This document shows positions 23,598 to 37,130 of a stretch of DNA of 64,000 nucleotides, piece after piece. Position 1 is the first letter of the stretch; each line of letters starts with the position of its first letter. This DNA comes from Macrostomum lignano (Eukaryota), in contig NIVC01003789.1 in the NCBI GenBank assembly GCA_002269645.1, positions 72,070 through 136,069 of the forward strand, in the 5' to 3' direction. The position numbers and the translations under genes are program-made. The notes under the pieces were generated by a model that was given only the letters and a program-made list of their open reading frames with translations, made no database searches and had not been told where the DNA came from.

Positions 23598-24740
23598 TTA
23601 ACCTTTCGGCTGACGTTTGTATATAACTAGTCGAGCATCTGACGAAATATTTTTCAGCAAAGACGTAGAAGTGCTTAGCTCTGTAGTCATTAGATCGTCC
23701 AGCAAGTAGCATTTGTCACCTTTTGATGGAAATACATAAGCGACGTAATGACCTTCGTCGACTCGTTCTCCCAGGTGCACAATAACACTTTGGAGGCAAT
23801 AGCGCCGATTGTTATAGTCAATTTCTGGCGTAAAATCGAAGCCCACTCGGTTCTTGACAATAGTTGCCTGGCTTCTCAAGAGCCTGTTCACGACTAAGCA
23901 CAGGAGAGGTGGCGCATTTTGAGGAGTTCTGCTATGAACGCAGCTACTTGTCTGACAAGCTGTGCATGTGATGTCATCAGACTCGTCGGGTCGTAGTGCC
24001 GCATTCACAAGCTGGATCAGCTGCTGTCCTTCAACTGGTTGAACCACCACGAATGTTTCATGCGAACTTTCAGTAGTCGCGGCATTATTGCACCGGAGAC
24101 AAAGGTTGGACCCGCCGAGCTAAAATAATAAAGACAAACAGCTGAGACGGAATTGAAAACATCGATTTAAAGGGCCTGTACTCTCTTACTGCCATCTATG
24201 CTGTATGTGACCGATCCAGGATTCATATTTGTTTACATGTATTTGACTCTTTTTACTACATTAGTTCCCTATGATAATTGTCATTTCAAATGGTTTCCGT
24301 TCAAAAGTAAAGCAAGTTTCTGTAAGTGTTTTTGAAATTTAGATACGAGCGTATTACCTGAATTCTAAACTGGCGACGAATAGTCTGCAGCTATTGAGAA
24401 ATGAGCACGAAAAATTCAAAGCAGTCGTTATATTCGTTGGTATTTATTTGACCAGCCGTACAGCATTCTTCCAATGCAGTGTTGTACAAATCTTCGCTGA
24501 ATCCAGATCCGCTCGAAATGTTGGCCAAGAGTCGTATAAGAAAGGACGAATTCACTGCTGTTTCAGAAAAATTTCTCCCTGACAATGCCGCACCAACTGC
24601 GTGAAGACTGGCGTTGAACCAACAGAGTTTTCCATTACGATTGGGTAAGCCGAATGGACGATAGCCTGATGTCGATAGCGCCGAAGCTTCGACAGTAACA
24701 AAACTGGCGACATGATCAGAACAATCAACAAAAGCATGAG
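23598..24740 (-). CDS. USP (peptidase C19) deubiquitinase domain, spliced, one in-frame TAG
   Basis: Cys box GLPNRNGKLCWFNASLHAV; EYNDCFEF box; in-frame GT-AG intron 24357-24120; CLRC and CTAC zinc ribbon; His box VIVHLGERVDEGHYVAYV...YLLDD. Confidence 0.85.
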
Positions 24741-24765
24741 CGGCTGGCTAGTTTATCACTGTTGG

Positions 24766-24994
24766 CAGTGGCGGATCTAGGATTTTATTTAAGGTGGGCG
24801 GTCCAAGTTAGGTGCGCCAACATGAGTATGAGGGGCGCCAATTTTTAGGCTAGGGGCACAAAAAATGCGTGTAGGGGGCGAAAAATAAAGTTTAAAGGGC
24901 GCAAACTTAGGTTTTTTGGGGGGCGCAATATGTTTCATCCAGCTGTTTCGGGGGGCGGTCGCTCCCCCCGCCCCCCCCCCTAAATCCGCCCCTG
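24766..24994. mobile_element. hAT-type MITE (229 bp)
   Basis: TIRs CAGTGGCGGATCTAGG and CCTAAATCCGCCCCTG; 8-bp TSD ACTGTTGG at 24758-24765 and 24995-25002. Confidence 0.9.
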
Positions 24995-25019
24995 ACTGTT
25001 GGTATTCGTGAAAACTCAC

Positions 25020-25846
25020 CATTGCTACGGTTAGCAGACTCACAAGTTATAGATTCATGTGCACGCTCATGACGCCAAAGCTTATTTTGTTCGATGCGTT
25101 CCTCTCGAGAAAATCCTTTGCGTCGACGTCCCTTATTCGATCGAGAAGCTTTTAAGATTTTGCCGATTCCTACAGGCTTCTCGGCAACTCGGGGCAATCC
25201 AATTTTTCGTCCAACCGCTGCGATATGCGAACACGATTGAGCAGAGACACAAGAACACGAAGCAACGCCGTTGCTAAATGTCACAACATTATTTCGTCCG
25301 GCAACGTTAGTCACTATGAAGTTACCAAGAGTAGGGTTGAATGAAACTTTATGTTGCTCACTAAGCAAGCTGATCCGTGTCGACTGCTCGCTGTCGTCTA
25401 GATCTACATTAACTCGCACAGATTTGTGGCTAGATTCTCCAACGGGCTGGTGAACAGGAGTACCAGTAGCATCATTGGACAATGAAGGCCCTGTGCCACC
25501 TGACTCATTGCTGTTGCTATCACAGAAACTCATGTTGGGACGTATGACAGTCACTTTAATCGCACCAATTTCTCGAATTTCTCGAGTCGCCGAAGTCTAA
25601 GAGTGCCGGAGTTGAATGTTCGCGGCTATTTGTTCTAACGACAACAGTGGAAAGAGTGTTACAGTTTCGGGCGACTGTTGTAGATGTTGGAACTCAGGCT
25701 TTAGTGTGTAGTTTCCTTGGCCACACAAACCACGAAGAATTTCGTTCCTGTAGTATCGAGAAGTTTGGTAAAGTCCGACAATGCAGTCATCGACTGTTGC
25801 ATCCTTGAATTTTAGCACACGCTTGAGCATTGCGTTTATTGATTCT
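25020..25846 (-). mobile_element. MULE transposase, 3' part (third catalytic residue region plus SWIM finger)
   Basis: Removing the Gypsy rejoins VTQNQSE|SINAMLKRVLKF; then EILRGLCGQGNYTL, one in-frame TAG, and SWIM CSCVSAQSCSHIAAV. Confidence 0.8.
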
Positions 25847-28800
25847 TGTTGTGCTTTTGGCTTTTAGCCTTTAGCAATTGTCACTAGCGGTCTGCTGACC
25901 TCTGACGCGTCTATTATTTATTTCATAACTCAATAGCATGGTTCAATTCATCAACGCAGTCGCGTAACAAAAATGTCTATGGCAAAGCCATCAACCCACA
26001 ACACCCTCCCTCTTCTATAGGTAGGTGTACAATTATCACTCAGGTGCGATAAAAAATTCTAGTTTTCTTGGCCAAGCGTTCGCTTCGCCTGGGTGACGGC
26101 TTGGATTGAACTCCAACCTCAGTCTGTTGCTGTTGTGCTCTCTCAGCTTGTTCTGTTCCCGGTAGTATCTCAGTGTCTGTCGATGACGGACGCGTCTGTT
26201 GGCCGTCGTCACTTGGACCGTTGCCACCGGGCTTGGAATCCCCCATTTCCCTAGTTCCGTGAGCCTCAGGTACCTCACCGATTCGTAGTTGATCGAGGTG
26301 GGTCTTTAGATTTCGTCCAGTCTCTGTGGTGACGACTGCTGTGTTGCTGCCAAGCATTTTGGCGAATCTCACAGTTCGTGGCTCATGAGAACTCGATGCA
26401 CGGTAGATGAGTGATTCTTCTGGGATCCACTTGGACTGAGTGCTGCTCTCCGAGATGGGGAGTCTTATTTGTCTGCCGTTCAACAACTCGGACGGTGATG
26501 CTTGCTGCTTCCCTTTGGCAGCTCTGTAGAACAGTAGAAATCTGTCAATACTTCTTTGGGATAAACCATTGGTCTTGATTGTCTCTTTGACGGTTCGCAC
26601 CATTCGCTCTGCAATGCCGTTGCTCTGTGGATGGTAGGCGGGCGTTGTGATGTGCGAACAGCCAATCTGGGTGAGCCAGCCGGTCACCGCTTCGCTCACA
26701 AAACTAGGGCCGTTGTCTGACACGAGACACTTGGGCACCCCCTGTTGTGAGAACAATCTTCTAAGTCTGGAAATGACTGTGTCGGCCTTCATGTCGCTCG
26801 TGATGAAGACTTCCGGGTAGCTCGAGTGCGCATCCACAATTATGAGTAGGTACTTGCCCTCTATCGGACCGGCAAAATCAATGTGCACTCGCTCCCAGGG
26901 GTTGTCAGGTTCTGGCCACGAGTGCCGAAAGTTCTTATTTCTGGACTTGTACGCGTTGCACACGTTGCATCGTCCAATGTAGTCAGCGATGTCACGGTCC
27001 ATCTGTGGCCACCAGAACTGTTCCCTCAAAATTGACTTTGACTTTTCCACCCCAAGGTGCGTTGAGTGTACAGCTGCCAGGGCAGTTTCTCTCAGGACAC
27101 GAGGCAATACAATTCTGTTCATTCTGTAAATAATTCCATCATTGACAGTTAGCTCATCTTAAACCTTCGAGTAGCCGAGTAGGTGTGGGTCGTCAAATAG
27201 ATTATTGTTAATTATGGCTGCGCCCAGGCATCTGAACTCCGGGTCCTCTCTGGTTGCGTGTGCAATGCGATCCAGCTGAATTACTCCCGGGTTGTCAGCT
27301 TCGAGGAGTCCGATCGATGCTGTCTGTGCATTCGGCTTAGCGGGCACCAGTCGAGATAGCGCATCCGACAGCATTAGCTTTGATGGTCGATACTGTATGA
27401 CATAGTCATAAGCAGCTAGCATGATTGCCCATCGTTGTAGTCGAGCTGAAACTCTGGTGGGCAGCTGTTTGTCTGGCGCGAATATGTATGTGAGGGGCCG
27501 GTGATCAGTTATCAGTGTGAACCTCCGGCCATACAAGAACCGATGGCATCTTTGAATGCACCAAACCAGTGCCAGGCCTTCACGCTCTATTTGCGAATAT
27601 TTTGTTTCGGCGTCAGACAGAGTCTTGCTCATGTACAGCACGACTTGACCGCTTTGTGTCAACACTCCGCCCAGAGCTCGCTGAGAACTGTCGCATTCCA
27701 GTTCAATGGGCTTCTCCGGATCAAATATTTGAAGACTCGATTGATCAGAGAGAGTGACCTTGATTTCGTCAAATGCTATTTGACACTCCTTTGTCCACAC
27801 GAAGTCCTCATTTTTCTTTCTTAGTCGATTGATAGGCTTGGTCAGTGCAGCTAGGTTTCTGATGAACCTGCCGCTAAAATTTACGAGACCCAGGAAAGAT
27901 TCAAGCTCGCCAACGTTCTGCGGTGGTGTCATGTCCTGGATTGCCTTCACTTTGGCTGGGTCCGGCTTGAGCTGATCTCCTTCCAATAAGTAGCCTAGAA
28001 ACTTGATCGAAGTCTTGCGGAATTCACTTTTCGCCGTGTTGATCTTCAATCCTTGCTGGTTTAGTCGATGCAATACTTCTGTCTCACGAACTGCCAATTG
28101 TTCTACGCCTTTGCCGCATATCAATATGTCGTCTACGTAGGCAATGACGCCAGGAATTCCTTGTAGGACTTGGCTAATGTACCGCTGGAAGATCGCAGGT
28201 GCTGTTTTCACTCCGAACGGAAGCTTGTTGAAAGCGAACATCCCAAATGGTGTTGACATTACTGTCAGCTCTTTGGAAGCTTCATCTAGTGGGATCTGGT
28301 GATAAGCTTTCTCTAGGTCCAGACGAGTGTATATCCGGCTGCCAGCAGCAGTTGCAATCACTTCGTCAGGTGCAGGCATCGGATATGAATCGTTGATAAG
28401 ATGAGAATTGATTGTCACCTTGTAGTCGACGCAAAGTCTGAGCTTTCCAGAAGGTTTCTTGACCACGACAATTGGTGAGGCCCATTCACTGAACTTGACG
28501 GGCTTGATGGTGTCTTCTTCAAGCAACCGATCGATTTCATCCTTGACTTCCTGTCTGAGTGCGAAGGGTAGCGGCCTGGGTTTGCAATGAATTGGAGTGG
28601 TTCCTTCCTTGATCTTAAGAGTTACTGGTGGAAATTCGCATGACTGGGTTGCCGATGTGCAGCTGTTGTCTACAGCGTTTAGCGTGAAATTGAGCTTGTC
28701 TCGGCCAACCAGAACAAACTGCGATTCCACAATGAAGAATGTGATTGGAATGAACTCGTCATTGTACTCCAACTCAGTGTCGTGTGTTCCAAAGACCTTC

Positions 28801-30180
28801 ATCTGCGTATCAGCGTATGTTGTCAGAACAGTGTCTGTAGGTGTCAGTTTTGGACAACCCAATCGTTTCCAGATCGTTTTTGACATTACCGAAACTCCTG
28901 CCCCAGTATCGATTTGTGCGTTCACGCTAAGCATCGACCCGCTCGTGTGTCTGAGCCTAACAGGCACGGTGTAGCTATCAACGGGATGTCGAATGTGAAA
29001 ACAATCCTCCTGTTCAGCTTCGCTTGCATCTACAAAGCTTGTGGTCCTTGGGCACACTGCAGCTCGCCTAAATTGACCAGATGCTGACGGGCTTTTGAAC
29101 GATTTTCGGCCTTTGCCAAAACCAGTTGATTTCGTTTTGCAAACTGTTGCGAAGTGGTTTTGCATGCCACATTTGTTGCACGTTTTTCCTTTCGCAGGAC
29201 ACCCTCCATTGGAGCCATGCATTGTGCCACATCTGCCACACTTGGAGCTTGTAGAATGGGAGCCTCTGGTCACCGATGCTGAAATTTTCATTACTTCAGA
29301 AGACTGCGGCTGACTGGTGCAACCCTTTAGTATTTGCGTTTGTGATAGGTTCTGGTGCGCCTCAGCGATGTTGATAGCTGTCTCAAACGTGAGAGTGCTG
29401 AAGTCCTGTTCCAATAACTTGCTGATGGCCACCTTGTCATTCAAACCGAATACGAGCTGATCTCTCAGTCTCTCATCTCTGGATAGGCCAAACTGACACT
29501 TGTCTGCCTGCATGCAGAGTTGCTGTGCATACTCACGAATGCTCATTGATGCCGTGCGAGTGATATGCTGGAAATTGAATCTCTCAGCCATGACGAACGT
29601 CTTTGGTTCCAGGATGCTGGCCAGTAGTTTGGTCAGTTCATCGAAGCTCTTTTCTCCCGGCTTCTTGGGAGCGGCTCGGTCTGCCAATGCGTCGTACAGC
29701 TTGGTGCTGAGCTTCATCAGCAGCAGCTTGTTTTTCGTGTCGTCCTGCCAGCCGTTGAGTTCGCTGCACAGTGTGAATCGGTCCAACCACCTCTGGAAGT
29801 TCGAACTTTCATCGAGTTTTTCGATGTCAACTTGCTGTCCTCTCGATACTTGTGCGCTTGGGTTCTGCGCTGTCGCTGTTGCCGACTTTGTCGCTTGGAC
29901 TGATTTCGACGAGATCGCAAGCGGTGGTGCTTTGTCGCTCGAAACCGTTTTACCAACTCCTTTAGTTGGCGATGCTGGCGTACTTCCAGGCATTTTCGTA
30001 GCCTATGCTTGCCGACGCCACTGTTGTGCTTTTGGCTTTTAGCCTTTAGCAATTGTCAGTCTAGCGGTCTGCTGACCTCTGACGCGTCTATTATTTATTT
30101 CATAACTCAATAGCATGGTTCAATTCATCAACGCAGTCGCGTGACAAAAATGTCTATGGCAAAGCCATCAACCCACAACA
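25847..30180 (-). mobile_element. Full-length Ty3/Gypsy LTR retrotransposon (Mag-like), young
   Basis: LTRs 25847-26003 and 30022-30180 (TG..CA, near-identical); TSD ATTCT; PBS-like TGGCGTCGGCA; PPT aagagggaggg; gag-pol 29993-26040 with CCHC knuckles, DTGA protease, YVDD RT, RNase H and integrase; one TAA before the integrase. Confidence 0.97.
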
Positions 30181-30185
30181 ATTCT

Positions 30186-31130
30186 GATTGGTTCTGAGTT
30201 ACACCGGTAACTGGGCAGTAGTGCGATTGTAGAATCCACTTTGCAAAAAATTTAGGGATTAATGGGTGGATTTGATTGTCAAAATAAGCAGCAAAACTTG
30301 GATTCCAGTTTTTTTGCAGCTTGCATACTGGGCATTGTACTGCTCGATGCTGTCTGTTTCTAGCAAAGAGAGTAGATCAGCTGAAATCATCATCCACCGT
30401 TCTTGCGAATCCAGAACCGGACGTCCCGCTTCAGATGGTTCCAGCATCCCAAAAATCGGATATTGGGGAAGACAGAAGCCATCGAATTTCTCAGCGCAAT
30501 TTCTCCATCCATAACGCATGCCACATTAGTAGTTGCCAATGCAGGAAGCGAGGATTTCACTTCTTGCCACAAAAGTTTGTGGCGAGCCTCGAGCTTTCGA
30601 TGGTAAATGAGAAAAAAGGCTGGGCAAACCGGATTGTTAATGAAAATTGGTAATCGAATTACAAGAGGTGAGACTAGTGCTCTTGTTATCTCAAATCCAG
30701 TATCATACGACAATAGCTGATTCCTATCGTCCAACAATAAAATGCGATTTAGCAAGTCCAGAAGCTCAGGACAGCCAGCTGGAATAGCTAAGTCAGGAAA
30801 CGTCTGGATTGTACGAATAAATCCTGGTAGTTCATTGGCAAGTATGTGAATGTTCATAATTTCGTCTTTTGAATACAGATTTGGCATAGAGCTCTTAAGA
30901 TTCTTGACTTGCTTTAGATTCCGAGGATTACGCACTGGGTTGCTGCTTTGACCAAGATAAAGTCGATATGCTTGAGAAGGAGCAAGGGTCGAAAGTTCGG
31001 CTCGAAGATTGCCGAGCACCGATGGGCTAGTCCGCATAAAAGTTCCACAGTGCTTGCGGTTTTCGTGATACACCATGTTAGCAGGTGGTTGCACTGATGG
31101 ATTTCCGATATAGTGGATCAGTGTCTTGCT
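30186..31130 (-). mobile_element. MULE transposase, 5' part (DDE core)
   Basis: LSYDTGF (first Asp), CVMDGEIALRNSMASVFP..LGCWNHLKRD (second Asp and CxxH motif); frameshifts downstream. Confidence 0.85.
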
Positions 31131-34100
31131 GAAATAAGAACATTAGAAGCAGTTAGTATATTAAACTGTCAAAAACAGGATGCTACACCCGATTTTATTC
31201 AACATTTTATAATATATATTTACCTCGAATCTTTAGAGCCATTATAATTAATTAATTGATACGCTTGTCTGATGAATAAGCGGGACATTTGTCCAGAGGT
31301 GTTTCTGGAGAAATAGCGGTACTTATACAGAGTTGGACACGTTCTAAAAAGTTATTATTAATTTTGTCAAAATTATAATTTGCTAGATTAAATTCGAAAG
31401 CTTTTTTTATATTGTATATATGTAGCATTTTATAAAAAACATAATATTGTTCTTAAAGAACATACCAGAAACAACTTGTTAGGTGTTATAAGCATATCTT
31501 ATGGCTATGTCAATGTGTTAATGGATTTATGCATATTTCAATAAGTTGATTCTAAAAATAATTTTATATAATTTTTGGAGACAAAATGCAAATAATTTTA
31601 ATACAAAATTTATACTTTTGGATAGAAAAAACGTTTTGTATTAATTTATATGAGGAATTTGTTTACAAATTATATTCTTATTTTATTTAAATTAGCTCAT
31701 ATACTACACTAAAGCCTATAACCTATATTATCTAAAATAATTTTGACTTTGCTAATAATCTTGCCCCACTCTAATACTCGTACAAGCTTATTTGCATAAA
31801 AAACATTCTGAACAATCAAAATCAATGCCTTTAATTGTGGCAGCAAGAGTGTACACAACTGGCAGCACCAATGCAGCCACACTGGAAACCACCCAAACTT
31901 GTCTAGCTGAGGTGGGGTGGTGCATACTAAGCTAGTCGGCTTGCTAAGTCGGGGGAGGAGGGGGTTGGCAAAGCCTATCATGCCACACCACCTTTTTGCA
32001 CCTCCCTAGGCCCCTCAATCTTGTGCTTTTAGTAATTTTACAAATATACATGCAGAGAAGCACAAACTCTTCACTACCATTCGATCTATTGAAATAAAAA
32101 GGCCTTCTGCCTCTAGCTATTATAACCAACATCATGCATAGGCCTTGAAAATTAATTTTATTATCATTTACAAGAGACTAATATTGTGTAGGAGCTAAAA
32201 TTAGTTTTATAACTTATCAAAGCCTATATTAATGCAATCAATTTTAAGACTTTTAATGAAGTATTTATGGGTTAACCAATATTAATATTGAAAAGAAATT
32301 GTAGAAACATTGTGTCAATATTTAAAAAATTTATTCAAAAAAGAAAATATAAAGCAATGCTAGTAATAAGACATTTACTAATAAAAAACCTCCAGTACTA
32401 TTGACATTAAGCGGCAAGAAATAATGTTTCTATGACCTATTTAGATGATTGGCAGCAGAACCTTGTCACAGGTATACAGAATTTTCCTATTTACTAAAAT
32501 GTTACTGTTGTGGTGTGAGTACTAAGTACAAGTATTGAGTACTTCAGTCGTACCGTATTTATGTTTCAACAGTATTGTATTCAACTCAAATCATTGCGTA
32601 ACATATAGCCAATCTGCCAGGTGTATACACCCAACGTGCACGCTTCATTTACTAACAAATATAAAGCGGCGGAGTCAGTCGAGACTCCACAATTCTTATT
32701 TCTCAACTCTCGCTCGCACAAAAACCCACGCGTTCGATACACAACAGTTACATTTAATTTTACATTACATTTTATATTTAATATATAAGATACAGCAAAC
32801 AGATGCTGTATAACCTAATAGAAACTGTTTCAGTACCATTTGAAATAGTCTAGTGCTTTTAGACCTATTGTGTCTGGATGATCAGAATTTTTACCTCGGC
32901 AGTCGGTCTCGTCCTCCGTCTATCCATAAATAGCCATCCGCCTTCCAGTCATCTGACTCGGACGTCGATTTAGGTTTATACAGATAAAGGGACTTTGTGG
33001 GTATATATATACCGGTGCCTCGAAAACACAGGCTTGGTAGGAGTGCTCTTTTAATAGCTTTAAAGCAATAGCTGTCGATAGCATTAAAAACTTTATTAAG
33101 AATAACTCATTTCTTGCAATAAAATTAAAAATAAGCTGCTTGACACGCAAGTTACTGGCATGCACGTGCAGCCCCCATGCAATAAATTTAAATGATGGTA
33201 AGTATCAATGTTCGCTTTAATTAAAAAATGTATATATATATATATATATTAATTATATATATATAATTATTAAACTAGTTATTTTTTACACTAACATCAA
33301 TCAGTTTTCTCAGCAATCAAACACTGCATTGACAAAAATGTTATAATGTGTAGCGCTGCTGGGGACCGGTGCGGGGCGTGTTTTAGGGAGACCCGTATCC
33401 TGCTGTAAATTTCCGATGTGTGCGCCTAACTAGCTCATAATTTGAAACAGCGCTCAAATTTCCCATCAGGATGGCCTACAGACAGGATGGTACTGGAAAA
33501 TATCAATCCCGGGATAATCCTGGGATTTGACATTTCCTAATCCTGGGATCCCGGGATAGACAGAATACGGGATTTTGTGACCCCTCTCCCGAGACACAGA
33601 TCACAGAGTTTTCAGTGTTTATTAATAATTTTTTACCCAATGAACCAAATCTCTAGAAATTGCACACAAATAGGCCTTGTTATGTAGGAAATCAGGCTTC
33701 ATAAAAATATTACCGTCCTATTGCATTTTTTGCCTGATTTCAAGCTAAATATTAAAAAATCACTACTCTGATCAATTTCTAATCACTTTTGACTTTGACA
33801 CATAAGCACTTGTTGCACACTCAAAAACTTGGTTGATTTTAGCCAGACATAAAGAAAACTCATTGCGGTATTTGCCTTTGATCTACCATTCTTTTAAAAT
33901 TTTATTCATCCATTTTTTGGGCATCCAATCAGCCAAAAATCACTAATTATCAATTTCTGATAAATTTTTCAACCCAAAAGCAGCAAAATCAAACAGCAGC
34001 CATTTAAACCAATATAGTATAGCAACTATTCTATAGAAATTCGAAGTTAGATTATTTGCACCATGTTCTCAAAATTATAATGAGCAATAATGTGAAACTC

Positions 34101-35249
34101 ATGTGATTTTTTGAAAAATTGATTTTTGTTGGTTTTCTCAGCACTGCATAATCGTATTGAGGTGGGGGTGGAGAAGAATTTTCTTGGAACTCTCGGTTTC
34201 AAAATATGCTAACACCAAGGGTGAGGTGGGGCAGATTCCTCGTTTGAATTGCCGCCAGCATTGTAGAAGCACAAATAAAGCCGGAAAATGCACGAATTGA
34301 TGCACTGACTCTTCTTCTTGGATGCTCCATCTGCCGGGTCCTCAATTCTGGGGGAGGGTAGTCGTAATCGTAGTCGAGCGGTCTTGTAGTGGCCCGAGTC
34401 GTTCAGAAGGGGTCCTCAGACACCCTAAACTTGTAATTCGTCGAGATTGCTAGTTGTGTTACTCTCAGTAGTAAAGTAGCGCTGCCACTACCGTAAATGT
34501 CATTTTACGGAATGTTGAGGGTCTCAGAGCTTTCTTTGAGTTGAGACTGATTGGTTATTTTACGCCTCGTGGGCAAAGAACTCAATATAAACTAGAGGCT
34601 TCGATTAAGACCAACTGGATAAATATTAATGATATTTGTGAACTTATTATTATTTTGTTATTATTATTATCGTTTAATTTTGCAGTAGTCAGTGATTAAG
34701 AAATTGTTATTACTCACGAAGTTAATTGAATAAAAGACAAGCTAATTGACTAATAAATGAAGTTGTTACACATTACAATTAGATAGATGATTACGAGACA
34801 GTGCCGTGCAACTATCAGAAAACTAACAAAGCTAAGTTAAGTCATGGCCTATAAGATCAAACTAAAACAACCAAGAAGAAAGAAGAAAAGGGGGGAGGGG
34901 GGTTGACAAACTAAAGCAACGCCAAAGATTAAATACCAAAAGAATGCAAAAAAACAATCAGGGGGACACCAGAGGGAACACTGGTGGAAAAAGTGGACAA
35001 ACCCGGGTGGAAAATGGCAAAACAAAGCGGGACCAAGGGAAGGGGCAACCGATGGACCGGAGGTGGGAACAATGGGGGGAAGAAGACAGTTCAACCGGGA
35101 GAGCCGAAATGACATCAAAGAATCGTCCGCCGGGTGGAGGCGTTCCGAGTGTCGCCAACTGTTGCCGAAGCCCCAGTGGTAGACCAGCCTACCACAGGTG
35201 CGGGGGCACTGGGGGACCTGGCAATAGACGATGACCGCCTCTAGTTGTC

Positions 35250-35999
35250 TTAGGTTCGGCGGCCCTGTGTCGCCGGCCAGCCGCGGCGAGCAGGGGCCTC
35301 AGGGTCGGGCTGAATTGAGCTGGCAACGCGGGTGTGGTGGCTGAGCTGCAAAAGGGCCGGGGTCAAACCTCGCCCCAGTGTCGCCGCATTGTCCACGAAG
35401 TGCCCGACCAGCAAGCAGAAAGTCCCATAGGGCAGACTTCCGGTTGTTGGCTGCCGCTGCTACTTGCACAAAAAGTCGGCCATTGCTAATACAGCGCGGG
35501 CCACTGCCGGTTGTCCTCGGGTCTGCACATAGCTGCGCCAATGGCGGCCGTCTGACATCTGCCGATTGTTGCCGTCCCCGGCGAGCTCCCATAGCAATAG
35601 CTCGGCAAGGTGCTGCACTGGTTTGGCCAGGGGGGCAGCAATTTCAGCCACCACTGGCAATGGCTGGCTTGACCCGCTTGTCCAATTGGTCGGCGGGATT
35701 GGCGGGGTGACGAATGGTTCCAGCCCCAGCATGCAGATGGGCTCCGGTTCTGGGGCCAGCAGGATATTATCCACCCGTTCGAGTAGCTGGTGCAGGCCGG
35801 TGCCGAGGCTACTCGCTGGCGAGGGCGCCAGAGCCGATGGAGCCGGGCCCGGTGCAGCTTCGCCGAAGGGATCGAAAGCCGCGAGCAAGTCCTAATCAAA
35901 ATCTTCGTTGTTGGCATTGCAGCCATTGGCGCATTCTAGCGCTTCGCGGATTTCACGGCTGAGCGGAGATTCATCTCCCATTGGGTCGTCGGCATTCAT
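35250..35999 (-). pseudogene. Extra sense-strand ORF (ORF3) of the large Gypsy element, unknown function
   Basis: One frame from ATG 35999 (MNADDPMGDESPL..) to ~35250 with two internal in-frame stops; Pro/Ala-rich then helical. Confidence 0.45.
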
Positions 36000-36929
36000 A
36001 GTCAATTAGGTGTTACAGATTGCAGAAATCTCACTGAGCAATATTCTTGGCCGATCACGCACAATTTTATGAAATACAAAGAAAGGCTCCTTTAAAAAGG
36101 GCACAAAATAATTCAACTGGTGGAATTTTAAACCAACCAGAGGAAATAAAATTCAACCACTGGAATTGAGCCATCACCCCTGTGCACTCTAAGGTGGCAC
36201 ACAGAGTTGGGGTGGGCGCATGAATCAAGGAGTCATAAAATAGATAACCGCGCGGCAGGGGTCCAAAATCAGAATGAATGAATGGGGCACCTCGCATGGC
36301 TCACAACAGGCTGGCGGTTAGAGAGAGGGGGGCTGAATAATTGCATAAACAGTAGTTTAGAAAATAGTAAGAAACATAGGGTAGTTCCTAAAAATTAGAA
36401 TAGCAGATAAATATAGGCATGGTAACCAAGTTAGAATTTGGATCTCCATAAGGAGTTACACAAAATGGCAAAAGGCACTGGGAAGGGGCTGGACAGGTGC
36501 CCTTACAAATTTTCCCAGGCTCGGCTTGGTCAGAACAAAGAAAAAATGGGGGCCATTCACCTCAGATGCCCTCCGCTGAGGACAAGGCCTAGAGCCAAGG
36601 TGGCTCGACCTGAGCGGGGCAAAACGCTGGGGGCACCCAAGCAACATGGCTTGCAAAATTAAAAGATACCTTCAGCCATAAGCAAAGACTGCAAGGTTTA
36701 CAACTGAAAAAAAACTTTGCAAAGTTAATGACACGCAATTGAGCAAAATTAATGAATTGCATGCGGATAAATAATTGTCACGTAGGTGCTAGCTTTTTCC
36801 ATCAAGCCTAAGGCTAAATATCAGTACGCAGAAGTGCAGGTCACGTTGAATAAATATGGGCACCAATTGAGCATGAGCACAATATACAAAGGCTTTTGAC
36901 CGGAAAGTGTAAGGTGCAGAAATTGGGAA

Positions 36930-37130
36930 AATTAGTTGCTTTTGCCCTCAAGCATAAGGAAAGTACATTGAGAAACACTGCTTTTGCCATCAAGCATAAG
37001 GAAACAGACAGAAAAATTAGTTGCTTTTATCCCTCAAGCATAAGGAAAGTACATTGAGAAACACTGCTTTTGCCATCAAGCATAAGGAAATGGACAGAAA
37101 AATTAGTTGCTTTTATCTCGAAAGCATAAG
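36930..37130. repeat. ~84-bp tandem duplication inside the Gypsy 3' region
   Basis: aaattagttgctttt..ccctcaagcataaggaaagtacattgagaaacactgcttttgccatcaagcataaggaaa repeated about 2.3 times. Confidence 0.85.

Noticed and set aside
29500-30042. Antisense ORFs over Gypsy and LINE coding regions (also 28597-28974, 38075-38488 and 42543-43127)
   Set aside because: These are shadow frames of GC-balanced coding sequence with no independent motifs.
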